DNA of 59,524 bases from Candidatus Omnitrophota bacterium (GTDB lineage: Bacteria; Omnitrophota; Gorgyraeia; 2-01-FULL-45-10): the NCBI GenBank assembly GCA_017993955.1, contig JAGOLR010000006.1, positions 1 through 59,524 on the forward strand, written 5' to 3'. The notes under the pieces are model-generated. The model was not told the DNA's origin. It made no database searches and saw only the letters and a program-made list of their open reading frames with translations. The position numbers and the translations under genes were made by a program. Shown in pieces: positions 25,947-35,211 of the stretch; position 1 is the first letter of the stretch, and each line of letters starts with the position of its first letter.

Positions 25947-26990
25947 ATGCTCAATAAACCCGTCGGACTCGGAGACCTGGTCGGTCTGGAGGATTGGCAA
26001 AAGGTACAAAACTATTTTGCCGAAGCTATCGACGTCACCCTCAATACCGTATCTTTAGAAGGAACCCCTTTAACAAAACCCAGCCGCCCAACGCGCCTTT
26101 GCAGCAGCAATTTCCCGAAAGACAGCAAGTGCAAGTCGCTCTGTGACTCCTGCGTAACCAAGAGACTAAATCCTTCGAATATCGCCGATATAAAGAAGAT
26201 GGCAAACTTCAAATGCCATCTAGCGGACCTCGATATGTTCGTCCTTCCGATAGAGGCCGTGGGCAGGCAGATAGTCGCGTATATCGTGCTGGGGCCCATG
26301 ATACTGAAGTCCAGGAAATCGATACCGGAATACATAGAGGAAGCGAAACCCCACGGCATCGGCGCGGACGACATAACCGATGCCCTGATCGAGATAAATG
26401 TATTCTCCTATAGTAAGATATATAATATAACAAATCTTATAACTACCATATTCTCCTATATGGCGCAGACCGGTTACCACAAGAAGCGTCTGGGCGAGAT
26501 AGCGCCCGAGATACTCGGCATGGACCCCGTATTCGCCAGATATCACGAAGAGAGGATATTGAACTCGCTTCTGAAATCCTGTCTCGTGGCGCTAAACGCC
26601 GATTCCGGTTCTGTCATGGTGCGTGACAACAGTACGAATCTACTCCATATCAAGGCCGCATCCAAAATAGACGATGATATCGTCGAGAAGACCGAGATAA
26701 AGGCCGGAGAAGGGATAGCGGGATTTGCCGCCGCCACCGCCCAGCCGATATTACTTCCGAAGGACGGAGAGAAAGGGAATCTGAAAAATAAGATGCGCAG
26801 GGGAGAGATCAAATCTTCTATGATAGTCCCCTTTGCTACGAGCGATGAGACTGACGTATACGGTGTTATAAACCTTAATATATTGCGCACAAATGCGGAT
26901 TTTTCGGAAAAAGACATATCTTTAGTAAAAGAGCTTATCAATCTTACCAAGACCGCATTAGCTTCTGTCCAAGTCTCCACTAAAATCTGA
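25947..26990 (+). CDS. PocR-like sensory domain + GAF domain protein (no output domain)
   Basis: N-terminal LEDWQKVQNYFAEAIDVTLNTVSLEGTPLTKPS...C..C pattern resembles PocR; C-terminal GSVMVRDNSTNLLHIKAA...GEGIAGFAAATAQPILL...VYGVINLN is GAF-like. Confidence 0.65.
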   Translation: MLNKPVGLGDLVGLEDWQKVQNYFAEAIDVTLNTVSLEGTPLTKPSRPTRLCSSNFPKDSKCKSLCDSCVTKRLNPSNIADIKKMANFKCHLADLDMFVLPIEAVGRQIVAYIVLGPMILKSRKSIPEYIEEAKPHGIGADDITDALIEINVFSYSKIYNITNLITTIFSYMAQTGYHKKRLGEIAPEILGMDPVFARYHEERILNSLLKSCLVALNADSGSVMVRDNSTNLLHIKAASKIDDDIVEKTEIKAGEGIAGFAAATAQPILLPKDGEKGNLKNKMRRGEIKSSMIVPFATSDETDVYGVINLNILRTNADFSEKDISLVKELINLTKTALASVQVSTKI

Positions 26991-27039
26991 AAATTTAAGA
27001 AATAATTTTGTTAACGATTAAAAAGTAAGAAAATAATTG

Positions 27040-27067
27040 TTTACATTATTTCACTATTTTGTATAAT
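27040..27067 (+). promoter_or_regulatory. Sigma-70-type promoter TTTACA-N16-TATAAT
   Basis: Read directly in AT-rich intergenic region, ~40 nt before the AGGAGG SD. Confidence 0.5.
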
Positions 27068-27108
27068 AAATACATATTATAATATTTGAAACATAGGAGG
27101 GCGCAAAC

Positions 27109-28623
27109 CTGGAAATCATTAATAAAACTAAATTATTTCCACTCGTACTAATTCTTATATTTTCTTTAATTATACCTGTTTGTGCCGCCGATAAGCCAAG
27201 TCCCACTCTGGAGAAGGGGATAGGCCAATATAAGCACGAAAACTACGACGAATCGATTATTACACTTAAAACAGCGCGTGAGGAGGATCCGAAATCCACA
27301 CTCGCCGCTTTTTATCTAGGCCTTGCTTATAAGCAGACGCAGGATTATAAGGGAGCCGTTTCGCATCTTCGCGACGCTGTAACTTACGAGCCTAAAATAA
27401 AAGGCGCTCTTATAGAGCTTATAGATTGTCTTTATCAGATAAACGAATTGGACGAAGCGAAAAAGTGGATAGTTGAAGCGGAGAGTGAGGCCATAAGGCC
27501 TGCGCAGACCGCCTTTTTAAAAGGGCTTGTCCTGGCCAAGGCGGGCGACGGGGAAGGCGCAATAACGGCATTCGAAAAAGCAAAAGAATTGGATAAATCG
27601 ATGGCCCAGGCCGCCAACTATCAGATCGGCGTGTGCTGTCTTAAAGATAAAAAACTGGATCGGGCTAAACGCGCTTTTGAAGAAGTGGTCCTTATACAGC
27701 CAGGATCCAATATGGCCAACTACGCGAACGAGTATGTAAATTCCATAGAAAAACAGGGGGAGCCAAAGAAACCTTTCAGGATGTCTGTAGCGGAGTATTG
27801 GCAGTATGACGACAATGTAGTCCTTATGCCAAGCGACTCGGAGCTGGTAACCAGCATATCCGATAAAGGCGATTCCCGCGAAGTCACGACCGCGACCGCC
27901 GATTACGATATGAAGCTGAACGACATGGTGACGCTCACCGCGCACTACGGTTTTTATTGGGCAAAGCAGAACGACCTGGGGTTCTACGATACTTTAACGA
28001 ACAACTTCTTGCTTCAGCCGACATTTTATTTTAAGAATAGCGTCCTGACGATACCGTCGGGGTACAACCATACTTTGGTCAACGATAAGGCGTATCTTTC
28101 CAATCCGGTCACCACATCTATCTATAACGTTATGGTGGGTAATTCCAGTATGCTACAGTCGTTTCTGAGATACCAATACCGCGACTATCTTTGGCAGCCC
28201 ATAACTCCGGCGGAGGACAAGGACGGCAGTGACTTTGGCGGAGGCGTGGGTTGGTACACATTCTTCGCTAAAAACAAAGGTTTTATAAATATACGTTATG
28301 CGCTCAATAAAGAGTGGACCGACGGTAATAATTGGGAATATGTAGGGAACCGAGTCGGCGCTACGGTGCTGGTCCCGGTATTGGATAAGCTGAATGTAAG
28401 CGTTACGGGCGATGCCTTTTTCCAGAATTTTGCCAACTCCAACACCATATTCGGGGTAGTACGTAAAGACCAGGTCTATACGGTATCGTCGCTTGTGGCG
28501 TATAAATTCTATAAAGATTCCGAGGTCCAACTGCAATATACTTTCGTAAAAGACAGCTCTAACGTTTCTTTCTATGATTACAACCGCAATATTTATAGCG
28601 CAGGGGTGGAGATAAAATTCTAG
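27109..28623 (+). CDS. Secreted TPR-repeat + C-terminal beta-barrel protein (Slam/DUF560-like or PgaA/BcsC-like architecture); probable CTG start
   Basis: Frame open from stop TAG 27094; AGGAGG 27095-27100 then CTG 8 nt later; signal peptide KTKLFPLVLILIFSLIIPVCAAD lies upstream of the first ATG/GTG/TTG (27448); TPR-like repeats; C-terminal alternating-hydrophobic strands ending YSAGVEIKF (terminal Phe, OMP-like). Confidence 0.7.
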   Translation: MEIINKTKLFPLVLILIFSLIIPVCAADKPSPTLEKGIGQYKHENYDESIITLKTAREEDPKSTLAAFYLGLAYKQTQDYKGAVSHLRDAVTYEPKIKGALIELIDCLYQINELDEAKKWIVEAESEAIRPAQTAFLKGLVLAKAGDGEGAITAFEKAKELDKSMAQAANYQIGVCCLKDKKLDRAKRAFEEVVLIQPGSNMANYANEYVNSIEKQGEPKKPFRMSVAEYWQYDDNVVLMPSDSELVTSISDKGDSREVTTATADYDMKLNDMVTLTAHYGFYWAKQNDLGFYDTLTNNFLLQPTFYFKNSVLTIPSGYNHTLVNDKAYLSNPVTTSIYNVMVGNSSMLQSFLRYQYRDYLWQPITPAEDKDGSDFGGGVGWYTFFAKNKGFINIRYALNKEWTDGNNWEYVGNRVGATVLVPVLDKLNVSVTGDAFFQNFANSNTIFGVVRKDQVYTVSSLVAYKFYKDSEVQLQYTFVKDSSNVSFYDYNRNIYSAGVEIKF

Positions 28624-28654
28624 ACGCTTGGCACTAGCTAAAGGAGCACATGTT

Positions 28655-31600
28655 ATGCGAAACTTACATAGAGCTGTAGGCTTTAATATTTTTACGACGA
28701 TACTTATTGTATACGCCGCGTCTTCGTTTGCATTTGCCGCGGACGTTGGCACCGTGACATACGTCGAAGGCAGGGTCGACACCCTTAGCTCCGGTTCCGA
28801 TATGGGCATGCCGCTAAGACAGGGCGATACCATAGCGGTAGGCGACGCCTTGAGGACGAAATCAAATTCAAAGCTGGAGGTCACATTTAACGATAAATCC
28901 GTCCTCAGAGTGGCTCAAAACTCAAAAGTAGTGGTCAAAGACTATCAGCTCGATGCATCCAACAGAAGGCAGGCCGCCAACATTCTGCTGGAGAGGGGCA
29001 AGGCCAGGACTATCATAGCTAAGATGCCGCGCGCGGCTGACTTCATAATATCTACACCCAATGCATCCGGAAGCGTCAAGGGTTCGGACATATTTACTTC
29101 TTACCAGGCGGGCAACAGCGGAATGCTTGTTGCCGAGGGAAAACTTTCCGTGGTTAATACTTTGAAGCCCGAGCCCGCCGTTATTATACCGGCCGGCAGC
29201 GCAGTAGTCGTATCCCTGGAAGAGACTCCGAAGGGGCCGAGGCAGTATTTCGAAACAGAAAAGAAGATGTATGAACAGGATACGGAGATACCAGCCACCA
29301 TAGCGAGAACTCCCGGCGCGTCCGAGATAAAGGGCGCCATAGCCAAGCTGTCCGGAGACGTCAGGGTGACCTTTAAGAAGACGGGCGAGACGCGCGAGGC
29401 AAGCATCAACGATATCTTGGAGGCCGGAGATACCATCGCGACCGGCGACAACGGTATGGTCGAAATAAAATTCGATAACGGTAACGGCATAAATCTGAAG
29501 CCTAATTCCGACATAAAGATAAACAGCCTTGTTATGGACGCTAAGACCGGTGAATACGAGAACCTTTTTGAGTCTACTAAAGGCAGGATACGTTCACGCA
29601 TAGAAGGTCTTAAGGGTAAGTCCAAATTCGAGATCAAGACGCCCGTTGCCGTGAGTGGAGCCCGAGGCACCATAATGTACCTGGAGATAACGCCTACCAG
29701 AGTGAGGGCGTTTTTCGAAGGCGGTAGAGGAAGCCTTATGAGTTTGATAAGCGGTATCGAGAAGATGGTGGAGGCGGGTGAGAACGCGTGGTCGGATGTC
29801 TCCGGGTTAGTTTCCGAGTCTATGCGCACGCCAGAATCCGAAAGGACATCCTGGGGTGAAGGATGGACTCCCGGGAACGGCACGGAAGGCTACAGCGCTC
29901 CCGACGGTTCTACCGGCGTATATCTTTCGAACGAAGGTGGAAACATAGATATAGTTGAACGTGTATCGACGGAAAACTTTACCGGCCCTGGGAATGACGG
30001 GCCTTTGAACGACCCGCTCCTAAACCCGATCTTCGGTTCCGATGAAGAAGGAAATGGGGAGGGGGAGGAAGAGATCGGCGTTACGGCGGCCGGTTGGATG
30101 GATGGCAGCGTCTACTCTACGGAAACCTCCGGTAGTTTTAATGGGCTTGTCACTATTCTGGGTAATTTCTGGGATGGAAACTCCGCCCAATTTTCATCGG
30201 CAGGAGATTTTTACGGAGGCGCACACGGCCAGTCATTTAGCTGGTCAGGGCCTTTGTATAGTTATTACACTGTATCCGAAGGAGAGCATTCATATACCAC
30301 GTACGACGGAGGCGCTTTTTACGGTATGGCCGTAGGGATAGGCGGGCTTAACGGTTACGAAATAATGGAAGGACTTGCAAAACTTCTGTATATAGATCCA
30401 TCCGGCAATGCCGGTATCGCCGAAGGAGATCTCGCGGGAATATACGACGAGGCGAACTACAAATTTTTATTGCTTAGCGATAATATAACCGGATACCAAA
30501 AGGCGGAAAATATAGGCGTATCTCCCGAGATGCTGTATGATTCCATACATACAACTATGGGAAGCGGATATATGTACGGGGATTCTATCGACGCATATGA
30601 GGAGCTTAGAACTATGTGCATAGCTAATTACGATGAAAGTTATGCGCAGAATTGGGGCATATATGACCAGAGGTTCACTTCGGGCTATATCGGTTCGGAA
30701 GGTGAATGGGCCGCGCATATGGGCGGTAAGGATGCTTTTGGCGCCTACACCTATATAGAACAGAGCCTGACCAATAATCTCGAAGGTACGGGTCCTGGCC
30801 AACTTTTGGACGACTATGGATATTGGGTAGCCGATATTACCGAAGGTACGGCGGAAAACGGCTGGTTATCGGCCAAGCTAAACGGTAAATTTGTCACAAG
30901 ATATAAGATGGGAACTCTGAGCGGTGATATACTCGGTGTATACAACATGGAGGGTGGTTTAGAGACGGCTTATGGTGAGGGCTCGTGGCAAGGGGTCGGC
31001 ATAGGCGTATGGGAAGGGACCCCGCTTACGTTGAGCGGTTACCTGGACCATGGTTACAACGAAGACTCTCCGGGTCTTTACTACAATAACGGCGGGATGA
31101 TGGAATTCGGATCCAATACAGACGGATTGTTGGGAAGCGTAGATTCGCCTCTTTACGGCGTATATGGTTTTAACATGATGGGCGAATACGAGGATTATGG
31201 GTCTCAATCGATCTGGCGAGCCAACATAGCCGGCGACGATGCCGCCGGCGGCAGTTACGCATATTACGGATTTGTTTCAGGATTATGGGATGACGATCTG
31301 GTCGATGCGTATATCACCGCTATCTACATGAACGATCAGGGTGAGGCCGGATATCTTACCGGAGAGGCTAAGGGGCGCGCTTATCCCGGTATTGATATGT
31401 GGATGGTCGAAGGCACCCTTCAATCGGAAATAATGGCATCTGAGATGGAATCTAACGACATATCCGCTTTTTTGGAGTATATATCATACGGCAGTCTGTC
31501 GGGCGAAGTATATGGTTCCGAGTCCGAGTCTTACTATATGAGCGGGTCCTCGTATTCCGGTTCTACTTATTATCTGGCATATGAGGATTGGGGTATATAC

Positions 31601-33298
31601 AACATAGCTTTTGGAAGTGAAAACACTTATGGAAACTATGACGGACGTAAAACCTGGTGGGCCGATATATACGGGGAAGGCATGTTTGGCAACTTCTATG
31701 GATATCAAGGCATAATGAAAGGCAAATTCCATGGTTTGCACGATGGTGAAGGGACATGGATCGGTAACAGTTCAGGTATATGGTACGCAATCGATACGGC
31801 TGAAGAGTACGGCGAGTACGGTGTTTATGCCGGTTTCATGAACGGAGTGTGGGATGAGAACGGGATTATGACAGGTAATATGATAGCCATTTACGACCAA
31901 TCCCCGGGTGCTTGGCTTGAGGAGACCTTTTTATCTATACCATACGAAGGAGGGCTCTTCTATGGCGGTTTCAACGGCGGAAGCGATATGTATTTGTACG
32001 ATCTGAACGGGAAGTTCTACAACTTTTCCGGTAAGGATTGGGGTATATGGAGGGCAAACCTTGCGGGTGAATCGTATAGTCAGGGTGGTATATTAAAGCT
32101 ATTTATGGCAGGCGATATGAATTATGACAACGACGGCTATATGGTTACCGATGGTTACTGGTTCGGCGTAGTGGCGGGAGTCCAGGTGCCCGGATTTCAA
32201 AAGATTACAGGTATATTCAGAGGTCTATCGCTAAGTTTTATCGGCGATGGTATGAGTAACGTCTCTTTGGACTCGGGGGATATGGTCGGGGCCATCTATG
32301 ATATAGACGGGGAATATAATATATGGGAGATGGCCGGTCTCGGTACCTCGCAAAATATCGGTACCATATATACTAGCCCCGAAGGTACCAGCGATTTTAC
32401 GAATAATTTTATAATGGAAGGCGACGTCAACATGTCCGGCGCCGGCCGTTTTATAGACGGAGGCGAGATAAATATCGAACCGTTCGGAGGTAATGTATAT
32501 AACATCCAGGGCGAGAAAGACGGTATATGGATAAACGCCTTTAGCGGCACATGCTCCGATCCGACTGAATCTTTTGACATAGCGCTGTACGGGATAGGTG
32601 GTGAGAATACTTATCGTTATATACTGGCGGAGGCCAAAGGCGAGATGCAGGAGCCTGTGCTGTCAGGCACTTTTGACGGTATATGGATAGGTCTTTCCGA
32701 GGAACAATACGGCGCATTATCCGGCGGCGTAATGACAGGGGAGATGGTAGGTTATATAGATGTTGAAGAGGAGGGGGTCTGCAGTCTTCAAGCGGTGGCG
32801 GCAGGGGAGTGGGTAGAGGCCGAATCGCTTCTTAATACGACCGATATAAACACTCTCAATACATCTATCCAGGAGTTAGCAAGCGCTGTCAATATACCGA
32901 TAACAGAAGTTTATAGTGTGGTCAATATGACCGGTGTCGGAACCGGCGGAATAACATCAGCTGTCATGGATATAAATCTGTACGCACTGCAGCCTAATAT
33001 GCTCCAAGGTATATGGGCATCTATAATAAACGGCGCTTATTCAAACATAGAAAGTCCTGCCGGATGGACAGCCACCGTTGTGAACGGCGGGGATACGGCA
33101 ACTTTGTTGGGAACAAACTGGGGCGATGGCCAGTGGGCAGCCAATGTTTCAGGTACTGTAGGCGGTAATGCCATAACCGGTCAGGCCGGCGGTACATACA
33201 GCGGAGAGGGTTCCGGTACATTCACCGGGGTAGGCGCCGGCACATGGAATGCTCCCGGAGTGGATCCGATACAGCCTCCGCAGCAGGATCCTAGCTAA
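28655..33298 (+). CDS. 1547-aa secreted protein: two FecR-like domains followed by ~1050 aa of degenerate Gly/Tyr/Trp/acidic repeats
   Basis: Signal peptide FNIFTTILIVYAASSFAFA; FecR-like LRQGDTIAVGDALRTKSNSKLEVTFNDKSVLRV and ILEAGDTIATGDNGMVEIKFDNGNGINLKPNS; recurring (D/Q)xGIW/Y motif; AAGGAG SD 8 nt before ATG. Confidence 0.8.
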   Translation: MRNLHRAVGFNIFTTILIVYAASSFAFAADVGTVTYVEGRVDTLSSGSDMGMPLRQGDTIAVGDALRTKSNSKLEVTFNDKSVLRVAQNSKVVVKDYQLDASNRRQAANILLERGKARTIIAKMPRAADFIISTPNASGSVKGSDIFTSYQAGNSGMLVAEGKLSVVNTLKPEPAVIIPAGSAVVVSLEETPKGPRQYFETEKKMYEQDTEIPATIARTPGASEIKGAIAKLSGDVRVTFKKTGETREASINDILEAGDTIATGDNGMVEIKFDNGNGINLKPNSDIKINSLVMDAKTGEYENLFESTKGRIRSRIEGLKGKSKFEIKTPVAVSGARGTIMYLEITPTRVRAFFEGGRGSLMSLISGIEKMVEAGENAWSDVSGLVSESMRTPESERTSWGEGWTPGNGTEGYSAPDGSTGVYLSNEGGNIDIVERVSTENFTGPGNDGPLNDPLLNPIFGSDEEGNGEGEEEIGVTAAGWMDGSVYSTETSGSFNGLVTILGNFWDGNSAQFSSAGDFYGGAHGQSFSWSGPLYSYYTVSEGEHSYTTYDGGAFYGMAVGIGGLNGYEIMEGLAKLLYIDPSGNAGIAEGDLAGIYDEANYKFLLLSDNITGYQKAENIGVSPEMLYDSIHTTMGSGYMYGDSIDAYEELRTMCIANYDESYAQNWGIYDQRFTSGYIGSEGEWAAHMGGKDAFGAYTYIEQSLTNNLEGTGPGQLLDDYGYWVADITEGTAENGWLSAKLNGKFVTRYKMGTLSGDILGVYNMEGGLETAYGEGSWQGVGIGVWEGTPLTLSGYLDHGYNEDSPGLYYNNGGMMEFGSNTDGLLGSVDSPLYGVYGFNMMGEYEDYGSQSIWRANIAGDDAAGGSYAYYGFVSGLWDDDLVDAYITAIYMNDQGEAGYLTGEAKGRAYPGIDMWMVEGTLQSEIMASEMESNDISAFLEYISYGSLSGEVYGSESESYYMSGSSYSGSTYYLAYEDWGIYNIAFGSENTYGNYDGRKTWWADIYGEGMFGNFYGYQGIMKGKFHGLHDGEGTWIGNSSGIWYAIDTAEEYGEYGVYAGFMNGVWDENGIMTGNMIAIYDQSPGAWLEETFLSIPYEGGLFYGGFNGGSDMYLYDLNGKFYNFSGKDWGIWRANLAGESYSQGGILKLFMAGDMNYDNDGYMVTDGYWFGVVAGVQVPGFQKITGIFRGLSLSFIGDGMSNVSLDSGDMVGAIYDIDGEYNIWEMAGLGTSQNIGTIYTSPEGTSDFTNNFIMEGDVNMSGAGRFIDGGEINIEPFGGNVYNIQGEKDGIWINAFSGTCSDPTESFDIALYGIGGENTYRYILAEAKGEMQEPVLSGTFDGIWIGLSEEQYGALSGGVMTGEMVGYIDVEEEGVCSLQAVAAGEWVEAESLLNTTDINTLNTSIQELASAVNIPITEVYSVVNMTGVGTGGITSAVMDINLYALQPNMLQGIWASIINGAYSNIESPAGWTATVVNGGDTATLLGTNWGDGQWAANVSGTVGGNAITGQAGGTYSGEGSGTFTGVGAGTWNAPGVDPIQPPQQDPS

Positions 33299-33327
33299 AA
33301 GAGAAAAGGCTGGATATCCCGTACCAT

Positions 33328-34125
33328 ATGATTAAGCTATATTTTATAATTTCGACCCTTATTCTATGCCTTTCCGGGTGCGGCAAGTCCGAGACCATCG
33401 ATAAAAAGGATATCATAGGATACGTCAACAAAGAGCCGATACTTGCATCCGACCTTGCGCGCGATATAGAGCTAAGAGCAAAACAGGACCCTTCCTTCAG
33501 ATTTACACCTGAAACCCAAGCCGAACAGCTGGATATCCTGATAGACAAAAAAATAATCACCCAGGAAGCCATAAAAGAAGGCCTGGCTCGCAAAGACAGG
33601 TTTGTCAATACCATAAAGGCTTTCTGGGAACAGACTCTTATCAGGGATTTTATAGAGACCAAGAAGGAAGAGTTTGCCGACAGCATTATCATCACAGAGG
33701 ATGATATAGATAAATATTATTCAAAATTGTCGGAGCGCGTCACCTTTAAGGCGATAAAGGCCAAGGACAAGAAGTATCTTCAGACAGCAAAGGCGGAGTT
33801 CGAGAGAAATAAAGATTCGACTCTCATACCATGGCAAGTCATAGGACCTGTGGGTTACGACGACTTAGCGCCCGGGGTATTGATGGATTCTTTTGATATG
33901 CCTGCCGGGGATGTCAAGATAGTCGATATGGATCCGGATTACTACCTTATATACATGTCGGCTCGCGACAAGAGGCTTACCGAACCGCTTGATAATATAC
34001 GTTCCGACATAGAGAAGAGAGTCCGGGAGCTTAAAGACAGGGAGATGTTTGAGGATTGGCTCAAAAAAGAACGGAAAAAAGCCAAAGTGACTATGATAGA
34101 TAATGCGGATGGTAAAAGTAAGTAA
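33328..34125 (+). CDS. Lipoprotein, SurA/PrsA/PpiD-like chaperone with degenerate parvulin domain
   Basis: Lipobox LSGC; GYVNKEPILASDLARDIE (SurA N-terminal-like); later parvulin-like segment. Confidence 0.6.
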   Translation: MIKLYFIISTLILCLSGCGKSETIDKKDIIGYVNKEPILASDLARDIELRAKQDPSFRFTPETQAEQLDILIDKKIITQEAIKEGLARKDRFVNTIKAFWEQTLIRDFIETKKEEFADSIIITEDDIDKYYSKLSERVTFKAIKAKDKKYLQTAKAEFERNKDSTLIPWQVIGPVGYDDLAPGVLMDSFDMPAGDVKIVDMDPDYYLIYMSARDKRLTEPLDNIRSDIEKRVRELKDREMFEDWLKKERKKAKVTMIDNADGKSK

Positions 34126-34144
34126 TACTACCGGGGGTCAGACC

Positions 34145-34714
34145 ATGCAAAGGCGAAGGAATTATTTTATAAAGAAGAGGTTTCAGTTCAGCTTTGCCGC
34201 CGGTTTCGTGGTATTGCTTTTACTGGAATCATTGCTTATCGCCGCATTCCTGGTAAACCTTTCCAATAATACGATAACTACGGGATATTCGGGCTCAGTA
34301 TTAAGGGTCGAAAGGACATCGGATTTCTTTCTCACGTCTTTCATGCTGGGTACATTCATAGTGGCTGGGGCTGTAGCCATAGCCGGCATGCTGATCTTTA
34401 TACTGCTTTCGCACCGGATTGCCGGACCCCTGTACAGATTTGAAAAGACGGTAAAGGATATAGAGGCCGGGGACCTTACGGCAAGGATATCCCTAAGGAA
34501 GAAAGACGAAATAATAGCCTTGAAAGAGGCCCTTAATGTGTTTGTGGATTCCATGGATAAGCGCATAGGCAGGATAAAGAGAAGCCTCCACGAGATAAGG
34601 GTTCTGCATGCCGAAAAGGCCGATCCTGAGGTCGTAGGTCGTAAGATCGCAGCGCTTGAGGATGAGGTAAAGCATTTTAAAGTAACCCAAGACCTTCAAA
34701 AAGAGAGGCGATGA
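34145..34714 (+). CDS. Two-TM protein with cytoplasmic HAMP domain, no output domain
   Basis: Two hydrophobic helices then HRIAGPLYRFEKTVKDIEAGDLTARISLRKKDEIIALKEALNVFVDSM (HAMP signature). Confidence 0.7.
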   Translation: MQRRRNYFIKKRFQFSFAAGFVVLLLLESLLIAAFLVNLSNNTITTGYSGSVLRVERTSDFFLTSFMLGTFIVAGAVAIAGMLIFILLSHRIAGPLYRFEKTVKDIEAGDLTARISLRKKDEIIALKEALNVFVDSMDKRIGRIKRSLHEIRVLHAEKADPEVVGRKIAALEDEVKHFKVTQDLQKERR

Positions 34715-35202
34715 AACGCCTTATCATCTTACCAATAACGATTTTCTCCGCTATAACCATCTTCCAAGAGGCAGTATTTTGCGCATCCGGTAAAGAATTT
34801 ACCACCAGATACACCACCATACATTATAACGAAGACAAGGACATGGACGACTTTATCTGGAGGCTCGGGGGCCAGAAATTGGAGTTCAGCCATGATCGAG
34901 CCCTCGCATCCAGCAGGGTCGACCGGATCATAGACCGAGTGCGGAATGTGCTGGATATACAGCCTGCGAAGTTTACGGTGGATATATATCTATATAGGGG
35001 GCCGCTCGAATCCGGACAACCGGCATTTTTCGAGTATAAAACCCGCTCCATACACATTTCCATCGAAAATGTTACGGACGGCGTATTTGCCCATGAAGTC
35101 GCGCACGCCATTATCAACTTTAATTTCGGTCCGGCGTTACCATCAAAGGTTCAGGAGATACTGACTCAATACGCCGACAAATATCTTTGGAGCGATTACT
35201 AA
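34711..35202 (+). CDS. Secreted protein with HExxH metallopeptidase-type motif
   Basis: Signal peptide MKRLIILPITIFSAITIFQEAVFCA; FAHEVAHAI; ATGA overlap with HAMP gene. Confidence 0.55.
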   Translation: MKRLIILPITIFSAITIFQEAVFCASGKEFTTRYTTIHYNEDKDMDDFIWRLGGQKLEFSHDRALASSRVDRIIDRVRNVLDIQPAKFTVDIYLYRGPLESGQPAFFEYKTRSIHISIENVTDGVFAHEVAHAIINFNFGPALPSKVQEILTQYADKYLWSDY

Positions 35203-35211
35203 AATTTTTTG

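Noticed and set aside
25934-25950. Second sigma-54-like site TGGCGAattttaaaTGC upstream of the PocR-GAF gene
   Set aside because: The GG-to-GC spacing is 2 nt too long for a -24/-12 promoter.
28153-29883. Long - strand ORFs (243 aa and 260 aa) inside the beta-barrel gene and the giant protein gene
   Set aside because: They are antisense to genes with signal peptides, SDs and domain signatures. They have no motifs of their own and are typical of GC-balanced antisense frames.
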